DNA of 64,000 nt from Janthinobacterium lividum (lineage in GTDB: Bacteria; Bacteroidota; Bacteroidia; Sphingobacteriales; Sphingobacteriaceae), in NCBI GenBank assembly GCA_050954285.1, contig JBPBPL010000016.1, forward strand, positions 4,858 to 68,857, read 5' to 3'. The notes under the pieces are model-generated. The model did no database searches. It was not told the DNA's origin and saw only the letters and a program-made list of their open reading frames with translations. Positions 57,911 through 64,000 of this stretch are shown one piece after another (the stretch's first letter is position 1; each line of letters opens with the position of its first letter). Both the position numbers and the translations under genes were made by a program.

Positions 57911-59089
57911 TCAGGAAAAACTGTACAATTCATCCGGAACCATGGCTGCCTGTACTTTTGCCTGTCCGTTAATCAAGGCTTGTGCATAATCTTCCTGTAA
58001 AATTCGCTGCGGAATTTCTCCCGGTTGCGGCTCGGCGTCCCATAAACCAGAGTGATGCCAGTAATCCAGATGATCCCAATCCGGCCGGTCAACAATCGGG
58101 TAGATGCAAACACCCCACATCGGCAGCTTTCTTTGTGCCATAATTACGCATTCATCAGCAATATAATCAATCCAAAGCGGCCGGTCTTCCAGCGGATGAC
58201 TGGTTTCCGTTAGCACAAAAGGTTTATTGTAGCGGCGATAAGCTTCTTCCATCAACAAATGCAGCGGTTTGAAACGGAAATCGAGCGGCTGATCAATCCA
58301 TTTTAAATACTGATGCGTGGTGCTTACCCATTCATTGTTGTAATAATGATTGAAGCCTAAAATATCCAGGTAGTCCGGAGAACCGCCCAGTTCCGGACAG
58401 ATTTTACCGGTCAGAATATCAACCGATTGATACTGATCTAAATGTGCCTTGGCTGCATCAATCACTTCTTTATCCGTAGCATTCAGCGGTGGCACCACGT
58501 TAATCAGTGGTTCGGTTGTCATGATTTTTACATTTGGATCTACCTCGCGCATCGCTACAATGCCTTCAATATAAGCACGCATCAGCGCATATTTTACTTC
58601 CCAGCCCATGCGATGGCAGTATGGCGAAGTTCCGGCTGCATCGCCGCCTAGCCAGGAAATAAAGCTTACTTCGTTTATCGGGGTAATTATCAAGGTATCA
58701 TCCGGCGAAATGCTGCGGTAAAAAGTAACAAACGCACGGCAAACGGCTGCAAAACGACGGGCAAACATGGGGTGCAAAGGCGTTAAATCATCAGGGAAAC
58801 CAAAATGACAAATGTCCCAAAGCTGTTGTATGCCATTGGCTTTTCCAATGCGGATCATGTGCTCTACCGTTTCCCAGTTGTATTGATAAGGACGCGTTTC
58901 TACCTGGCTCCAGCGGATGCCTTCGCGTACGGTTTTAATTTGATAAGGAGCTAAATCCTGATAATCGCTGTCAATTATCTGCAAATGACCGGTTGTGGTT
59001 AATAAATCAACGCGGTTGCCAAAAGCATTTTGCTGGTCGGTGCATTCGTAGCCAGCCATCCAGTAGGAGTGAAAAGGAGTTTTAAACAT
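57911..59089 (-). CDS. clan GH-A TIM-barrel glycoside-hydrolase-like protein (GH1-like)
   Basis: ITPINEVSF (candidate acid/base NE) and FVLTETSHP (candidate nucleophile TE). No signal peptide. Confidence 0.65.
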   Translation of the reverse strand: MFKTPFHSYWMAGYECTDQQNAFGNRVDLLTTTGHLQIIDSDYQDLAPYQIKTVREGIRWSQVETRPYQYNWETVEHMIRIGKANGIQQLWDICHFGFPDDLTPLHPMFARRFAAVCRAFVTFYRSISPDDTLIITPINEVSFISWLGGDAAGTSPYCHRMGWEVKYALMRAYIEGIVAMREVDPNVKIMTTEPLINVVPPLNATDKEVIDAAKAHLDQYQSVDILTGKICPELGGSPDYLDILGFNHYYNNEWVSTTHQYLKWIDQPLDFRFKPLHLLMEEAYRRYNKPFVLTETSHPLEDRPLWIDYIADECVIMAQRKLPMWGVCIYPIVDRPDWDHLDYWHHSGLWDAEPQPGEIPQRILQEDYAQALINGQAKVQAAMVPDELYSFS

Positions 59090-59161
59090 GTAATGATAAT
59101 CGATAAATAAAAACTAACCGAAAGATAGCTTAAATGTTGAGAAATTTAATTTGCCGGTTGG

Positions 59162-59959
59162 TTAAGCTTCTGGTAGGTAGATTTTTCCACTAAGATAAGT
59201 AACCGCTTTGCCAGCTATTTTTACACGGTTGCCGCTATTTTCGCACCAGATCTCTCCTTTGCGGGCAGAGAGCTGGTAAGCGTGCATACTGTTTTTATCC
59301 AACCTTTTTGCCCAATAAGGAATAAGTGTGCAATGTGCAGAACCCGTAACCGGATCTTCGGGAACACTGCAAGACGGCGCAAAAAAGCGGGAAACGAAAT
59401 CAACTTCTTCGCCGGGAGCAGTTACAATAATGCCGATCACATCTATTTTACCGAGCAAAGCAAAATCCGGTTTCAGGTTGATGATAGCTGCTTCGGATTC
59501 ATAAACCACAAAATAATCACGGGATTTCTGGATGATAGAAGGCGTTGCATTTCCGCCCAAAGCTTCCAGCAAAATATCCGGTACGGCACAAGGTTGGGGT
59601 GGGCGCGAAGGGAAGTCCAACGTGTAAAGATCACCGGATTTGGAAACTACGAGTGTACCGGCAACCTTGGTTTTAAAGTTTATGCTTTCGCCCACATAAT
59701 TTAATTCTGTATAAAGAATATGTGCCGATGCTAAAGTTGCATGTCCGCACAAGTCAATTTCGAGTTCTGGTGTAAACCATCTCAGCATAAAACCATCGCC
59801 ATCAGGAACGAAGAATGCTGTTTCTGCCAGGTTATTTTCTAAAGCAATTTGCTGCATGATTTCATCAGGCAGCCATTCTGTTAGCGGACAAACAGCAGCC
59901 GGGTTTCCGCTAAAAAGCCGATCGGTAAAAGCATCGGCCTGATAAATTTGTATATTCAT
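59162..59959 (-). CDS. PhzF-family isomerase
   Basis: YQADAFTDRLFSGNPAAV, DLCGHATLA and TGSAHC motifs. Confidence 0.9.
   Translation of the reverse strand: MNIQIYQADAFTDRLFSGNPAAVCPLTEWLPDEIMQQIALENNLAETAFFVPDGDGFMLRWFTPELEIDLCGHATLASAHILYTELNYVGESINFKTKVAGTLVVSKSGDLYTLDFPSRPPQPCAVPDILLEALGGNATPSIIQKSRDYFVVYESEAAIINLKPDFALLGKIDVIGIIVTAPGEEVDFVSRFFAPSCSVPEDPVTGSAHCTLIPYWAKRLDKNSMHAYQLSARKGEIWCENSGNRVKIAGKAVTYLSGKIYLPEA
59285..59298 (+). repeat. family-B variant motif copy inside the PhzF CDS
   Basis: ATACTGTTTTTATCCAACCTTTTTG. The gene reads L-D-K-N-S-M. Confidence 0.85.
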
Positions 59960-59965
59960 TCTGGA

Positions 59966-60619
59966 TTATATAAGGTGATTAATGTAGCCATAAGTTATCA
60001 GTTCTTCTGCGTTATGAATAGCATTTGTATAGCCATTATTCAAAAGCACTATCCGATCACTGATTTCTAAAATGCTGTTATACTGATGATCAGTTACAAT
60101 AATACCTTTATGCAGGGAACGCAAACGTAAAATATTTTTAAATTCTTCTGCTTGGATAGGAGAAAGATGAATGAATGGCTCATCCAGTAAAATGTATTCT
60201 GCTTTCGTATATAAAATCAGTAAAGTTTCTATTTGCCGAAGTTCTCCGCCTGATAATTGATCCGGTTTTTTTTGTCGGTACTTTTGGTAAATCGGATATT
60301 CTTGAAACTCATTCCATAAACTCGGATCAATTAACATTTCTGCCAACTTGGATATAATCATTGAGTTGGGTAGATAATGATGCTGAGGCAAATAAGCAAT
60401 TTTATTATTCAGATAACCTTTCGTAATTATCTTATCATTTATGCTGATATGTTTGCCTGTTGGTTCAAGCGTTCCAAAAATAATTTTTAACAAACTTGAT
60501 TTTCCGCAACCATTTCTACCCAGCAAACCTACAATTTCGTTGGGCTTGCAATCCAGGTAAATTCCTTGCAAAACTTTTTGTCCATTGTAACTTAATTCTA
60601 CACTATCAACTTTTAGCAT
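59966..60619 (-). CDS. ABC transporter ATP-binding protein
   Basis: Walker A GRNGCGKSS, signature LSGGELRQ, Walker B ILLDEP. The ATG at 60619 is preferred over the track's TTG at 60640. Confidence 0.85.
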   Translation of the reverse strand: MLKVDSVELSYNGQKVLQGIYLDCKPNEIVGLLGRNGCGKSSLLKIIFGTLEPTGKHISINDKIITKGYLNNKIAYLPQHHYLPNSMIISKLAEMLIDPSLWNEFQEYPIYQKYRQKKPDQLSGGELRQIETLLILYTKAEYILLDEPFIHLSPIQAEEFKNILRLRSLHKGIIVTDHQYNSILEISDRIVLLNNGYTNAIHNAEELITYGYINHLI

Positions 60620-60629
60620 CTCGCAACTT

Positions 60630-60929
60630 TCAACGTGCAAAATATAAACTTACAGCTATTGCATACAAAAAAACATCTGCTGTAAAAACGTATAAGTACA
60701 TCTTCCAAATTGCGTACCCTGCATTGAGGTAATAGTAATTTGTTTTGTTGGAAAAATAGTGTTGGAAGTAAACCGATGAGGCGTATCCAATTAATTTGAA
60801 CATCACACTAAAACCAGAGAATCCAAGTCCATATATCAATATTCCTTCAAATCCAGCTATGCTAAATAACAGGTTCCAAATAAATAACGGTCTCCAAAAT
60901 AAGACTATAAGTTTCCAGGTTTTGTGCAT
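60630..60929 (-). CDS. small membrane protein (3 predicted TM segments)
   Basis: 99-aa hydrophobic ORF ending 11 nt upstream of the ABC ATPase start. Confidence 0.5.
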   Translation of the reverse strand: MHKTWKLIVLFWRPLFIWNLLFSIAGFEGILIYGLGFSGFSVMFKLIGYASSVYFQHYFSNKTNYYYLNAGYAIWKMYLYVFTADVFLYAIAVSLYFAR

Positions 60930-60937
60930 TGATTAAA

Positions 60938-61693
60938 TTAAGCATACTTAAATAAACCCAACTGCATACTGTTTTTATCGCCCATATTTTGGGTTCGAAT
61001 TTGGTTGACCAGCAAATGTGCTTTGCGCGTAGGATCGGGAATGCGGTAACCGGTGATGCATTGTTTGATGATGGCTAAGCTTTGTTCCAGATTGATGCGG
61101 TGGCCGGGAGAAATGAAAACGGGATTTACTTTGTTTTTGGTACGCAATGCTGCACCGATTACTTCATCGCGGTCGTAAATTAAACTTTCTGAACCAGCTT
61201 TTTCCGGCAAAGGTTCAAACTTTCCGGTGAGTAAACTTTTGGCACAACCCATTGTCGGGCTGTCTGTTATCAAGCCAAAATGTGTAGCAATGCCCATACG
61301 CCGTGGGTGCGCAATTCCTTGTCCGTCCAAAACCATTAAATCCGGTTTTATTTTGAGCTGGTTCCAGGCTTTTAGCAACGAAGGAATTTCGCGGAAAGAA
61401 AGCAAGCCAGGAATATATGGAAAGGTTGTTTTGCTAATGATGGTTGATTTTTCAATTTCCTGCAAATCCGGAAAACTCAAAACAATGATGCCGGCATAAA
61501 CCGTTTCTTCATATTTATTAAAAGAAATATCGGCATCGGCGATGGTTTGGATTGGTTTTGAAAGCGGCTCGATGCTGATTTGGGTACGCAATTGTTTCTG
61601 CAGTTCAATTGCCTGAGCAGGAGAAAGTTGTTCGTATTCTTCAACAGAAATTTGTGGCATAAAAGAAGCATTTCGATTTAAGCCAGTATCCAT
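60938..61693 (-). CDS. nfi: endonuclease V (deoxyinosine 3' endonuclease)
   Basis: ADADISF..., SFREIPSLL and VLDGQGIAHPRRMGIATHFG motifs. Confidence 0.9.
   Translation of the reverse strand: MDTGLNRNASFMPQISVEEYEQLSPAQAIELQKQLRTQISIEPLSKPIQTIADADISFNKYEETVYAGIIVLSFPDLQEIEKSTIISKTTFPYIPGLLSFREIPSLLKAWNQLKIKPDLMVLDGQGIAHPRRMGIATHFGLITDSPTMGCAKSLLTGKFEPLPEKAGSESLIYDRDEVIGAALRTKNKVNPVFISPGHRINLEQSLAIIKQCITGYRIPDPTRKAHLLVNQIRTQNMGDKNSMQLGLFKYA
60966..60979 (+). repeat. family-B variant motif copy inside nfi
   Basis: ATACTGTTTTTATCGCCCATATTTTGG. The gene reads G-D-K-N-S-M. Confidence 0.85.
61658..61671 (-). repeat. family-A motif copy inside nfi
   Basis: Reverse complement reads ATGCTTCTTTTATGCCACAAATTTC. 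The gene reads N-A-S-F-M-P-Q-I. Confidence 0.88.
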
Positions 61694-61768
61694 AAATTTT
61701 TAAAAATGTTTCAGTTCAAATCAAACCAAATCTTTTTAAATACTGATGAATTCAGTTTACAATCAAAA

Positions 61769-62341
61769 CTATAAATGCGTATTGCTTCTGAAAAGTTTGA
61801 TGGAAATAGCCAGCAGGATAATACCGAAAGCTTTTCGCAAAACGCTTAACCCGGTTTTGCCCAATAATCTTTCCAGCACTTGCACGTTTTTCAATACCAG
61901 ATAGACAAAAATGGTATTCAAGGTAATTCCAACTAAAATATTTTGCGTCTGATATTCTGATTTTAGAGAAAGCAAGGTCGTCATGGTTCCGGCGCCGGCA
62001 ATTAAAGGAAAAGCCAACGGAACGATAGAAGCGGTAGAAGAAATTTCCTCTTCCTTAAATAATCTGATGCCTAAAATTAATTCCACAGCGATCACAAAAA
62101 TAACCAGCGAACCGGCGATGGCAAAAGAAGCAACATCCAGATTGATAATGGCCAGGAGCTGATCTCCTACAAAAAGAAAAATGATCATCAGCACCAAAAC
62201 GGTTAAAGCTGCTTTTTCAGATTCAATTTTTCCAGCTTTTTGTCGTAAATCAATGATGATCGGGATGGTGCCTATAATATCAATGATGGCAAAAAGAATC
62301 ATGGTGACAGAGAGGATTTCTCTAGGATTGAATGTTAGCAT
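61769..62341 (-). CDS. MarC-family membrane protein
   Basis: Six TM segments in 190 aa. The IFAIIDIIGTIPII opening is typical of UPF0056/MarC. Confidence 0.85.
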   Translation of the reverse strand: MLTFNPREILSVTMILFAIIDIIGTIPIIIDLRQKAGKIESEKAALTVLVLMIIFLFVGDQLLAIINLDVASFAIAGSLVIFVIAVELILGIRLFKEEEISSTASIVPLAFPLIAGAGTMTTLLSLKSEYQTQNILVGITLNTIFVYLVLKNVQVLERLLGKTGLSVLRKAFGIILLAISIKLFRSNTHL

Positions 62342-63513
62342 GGTTTTATCGGATTACTTTTTTCCTGTGATCTTAAAAGAAAGGTATATAAAAAACCAGC
62401 CAGAATTAAAAATGCGGATAAAAAGAAAACATAATGCACAGAAAAACCGGAGATCAAACCTGCACTGATCGGACCTAAAATTTGCCCAATGGAAGCATAC
62501 GACTGGTTGATACCCAAAGTTTCTCCTTGTTCACTTTGATCAACCCGGTCAGCAATAATGGAATTTAACATCGGGTTTCGCACACCATTAAACAAGCCGT
62601 AACCGCACATGCATGCCGCAAAGAAAATTAGTTTGGTAGCAAAACCGGAAAGCAGCATTGCCGCAAAACAAAAAACAAGTGATAAAAGAAGTATTAGTGT
62701 TCGGGAAGAAATCAGTTTGGTAATATATGGAACAGCCAGCTGCATAAGAATGCCGGAAATACCAAAGCCGGCAAAGAAAACGCCAATTTGAAAAGGCGTA
62801 ATTTTCAAAACATCTGCTGTGAAAGTCTGGAAACCGATAATCATGGTGAACTGCGCCATTGTCAATAAAAAGCCGATAAAAATAGCACTGCCTACAACTG
62901 GTTTTTTTAGTACGGTGACCAGAGATTTGAAGCTGAATTTACTCTCGTTCTTACGTTCGTGTTCGGGATTGGTTTCCTGTAAAAAAAAGTAGGTACATAA
63001 TACGCCGATCAAAGCTATTCCTGCCGAAAAGTAAAACGGTGCCTGCAAACTTACTTTACTTAAAACGCCACCGATAGCAGGCCCGATAACAAAACCAAAG
63101 CCAAAAGCCGAACCGATGATGCCAAAGTTTTTGGCGCGGTCTTCCGGCGTTGAACTATCTGAAACCATTGCTTGTGCTACAGAAATGTTTCCGCCGGTAA
63201 TGCCGTCTAAAATCCTGGCAGCAAAAAGCATAATTAAACTCCGTGCTTCTGCAAAAAGGACAAAAGAAATGCAGGTACCAATTAGGCTGATAATTAATAT
63301 TGGTTTGCGACCATACTTATCCGACAGCGAGCCTAAGACCGGTGTGGCAAAAAACTGGGCGATGGAAAATGATGCGGTTAATAAACCTAAAGTTTGCTCG
63401 GTGATGCCAAACTGCTTGCCGTAAGGATAAATCAGCGGAACGATTATGCCAAAACCTAAAGAGTTGATTACGCATATAAAAACCAGCACCCATAAGTTTT
63501 TATTATTTTTCAT
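62335..63513 (-). CDS. MFS transporter (TetA/DHA1-like)
   Basis: Twelve TM segments and the GSLSDKYGRKP motif A. Overlaps the MarC gene by 7 nt. Confidence 0.9.
   Translation of the reverse strand: MKNNKNLWVLVFICVINSLGFGIIVPLIYPYGKQFGITEQTLGLLTASFSIAQFFATPVLGSLSDKYGRKPILIISLIGTCISFVLFAEARSLIMLFAARILDGITGGNISVAQAMVSDSSTPEDRAKNFGIIGSAFGFGFVIGPAIGGVLSKVSLQAPFYFSAGIALIGVLCTYFFLQETNPEHERKNESKFSFKSLVTVLKKPVVGSAIFIGFLLTMAQFTMIIGFQTFTADVLKITPFQIGVFFAGFGISGILMQLAVPYITKLISSRTLILLLSLVFCFAAMLLSGFATKLIFFAACMCGYGLFNGVRNPMLNSIIADRVDQSEQGETLGINQSYASIGQILGPISAGLISGFSVHYVFFLSAFLILAGFLYTFLLRSQEKSNPIKPC
62681..62694 (-). repeat. family-A motif copy inside the MFS CDS
   Basis: Reverse complement reads ATACTTCTTTTATCACTTGTTTTTTG. 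The gene reads I-L-L-L-S-L-V-F. Confidence 0.88.
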
Positions 63514-63552
63514 CGGATATAATTAACAGCTAAAGAAAGTATTAAAACCAAA

Positions 63553-63580
63553 AAAGGTTCTGCCTGGCAGAACCTTTTTA
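63553..63580. terminator. bidirectional terminator after the amino-acid permease (minus strand)
   Basis: AAAAAGGTTCTGCC-T-GGCAGAACCTTTTT. Confidence 0.75.
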
Positions 63581-63603
63581 CACAAAGTATTTTTAATTGT
63601 GTT

Positions 63604-64000
63604 TTACAACTTTGGTTTCAAAGGATCGATTTCGGGTACAACAATACCTTTATTTTGTAATACAGAATGTTTTTTACTGTAACTAAAATATATTACAAAG
63701 CCTACCAGCAACCAAACGATTAATCGTAGCCAGTTGGTCCAGCCTAAGCCTAGAATCATCAAACCACAAACAACAGCGCCCAGAATAGGAACAAACGGAA
63801 CCAATGGGGTTTTAAACTCGCGTTTTAAATCAGGATCGGTTTTACGCAGTACAATCACCGCAATACATACCAAAATAAAAGCGAACAAAGTACCAATACT
63901 GGTCATATCACCCACAATATCTCCCGGAACAAACGCTGCAAACAAGCCAACTAAAATCAAAATAAACCAGCTTGCCTTATAAGGTGTTTTATATTTGGGA
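63604..64000 (-). CDS. amino-acid permease (APC family), C-terminal part; 5' end lies outside the window
   Basis: The frame stays open to position 64000 (...PKYKTPYKASWFILILVGLF...). C-terminal TM segments and the FKTPLVPFVPILG motif are present. Confidence 0.75.
   Translation of the reverse strand, partial: PKYKTPYKASWFILILVGLFAAFVPGDIVGDMTSIGTLFAFILVCIAVIVLRKTDPDLKREFKTPLVPFVPILGAVVCGLMILGLGWTNWLRLIVWLLVGFVIYFSYSKKHSVLQNKGIVVPEIDPLKPKL

Noticed and set aside
45681-59089. GH3, GH5 and GH-A-like hydrolases as a polysaccharide utilisation locus.
   Set aside because: The genes are scattered among unrelated genes, and there is no SusC/SusD pair or hybrid two-component regulator in the window.
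60992-61000. GGTTCGAAT, a tRNA T-loop-like string.
   Set aside because: It lies inside the nfi CDS with no flanking acceptor, D or anticodon stems. No tRNA cloverleaf can be drawn.
2930-62694. The dispersed motif as a promoter element (Bacteroidota -33 TTTG / -7 TAnnTTTG) or a transcription-factor operator.
   Set aside because: Neither orientation contains a TAnnTTTG match at a fixed position. Copies occur inside about 20 CDSs, after stop codons and in both orientations relative to neighbouring genes, which does not fit a promoter or a single regulon.
2930-62694. The dispersed motif as a strand-polar signal (Chi-like, or KOPS/FtsK-orienting).
   Set aside because: The 22 plus-strand and 15 minus-strand copies are interleaved along the window. 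Polar signals show strong single-strand bias within a replichore.
1-64000. CRISPR arrays, rRNA/tRNA genes, IS elements, integrases and prophage genes.
   Set aside because: I looked for regularly spaced direct repeats, conserved RNA motifs and transposase- or integrase-like ORFs on both strands and found none.

Overview
This 64-kb chromosomal segment looks like a Bacteroidota genome, possibly Sphingobacteriia or Chitinophagia; that placement is inferred from gene content only. I support about 61 protein-coding genes. I found no rRNA, tRNA, CRISPR array, IS element, transposase or integrase.

Layout:
- 1-2664: the 5' part of a large secreted protein on the minus strand. It is missing from the ORF track because it has no stop codon inside the window.
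- 3.3-18.7 kb: an AT-rich Wza/Wzc/Wzx/Wzy-type exopolysaccharide locus with about 10 glycosyltransferase-like genes.
- 18.9-27.7 kb: housekeeping genes, including a repeat protein, yebC, asd, a LysR regulator, a threonine-synthase-like gene, a DJ-1/PfpI protein, a CrtI-like oxidoreductase and a histidine kinase.
- 27.8-29.2 kb: a small AT-rich three-gene accessory cassette. It encodes a zeta-toxin/COG4185-like P-loop protein, an overlapping 63-aa ORF, and a membrane-anchored DUF4145/HEPN-like protein.
- 29.3-64 kb: clpB, a RecD-like helicase, rsmD, coaD, pyrE, msrA, fmt, GH3/GH5/GH-A hydrolases, stress-type oxidoreductases, nfi, MarC, an MFS transporter and a partial amino-acid permease.

The most striking signal is not a gene. 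A non-palindromic 14-mer, ATRCTTCTTTTAYC, is followed by a conserved A/T-tract extension (NNN-YAAAAWTTKG). It has a sister variant, ATRCTGTTTTTAYC. Together they occur about 50 times, roughly one copy per 1.2-1.7 kb, on both strands.
- Copies lie in intergenic DNA and inside unrelated housekeeping genes, where only a few reading frames are used.
- Some copies form inverted pairs that make terminator-like hairpins.
- Two loci carry homologous 95-bp composite elements.

This architecture resembles DNA-uptake sequences (USS/DUS), or a REP/MITE-derived family. Which of these it is remains inference and needs genome-wide and experimental tests.
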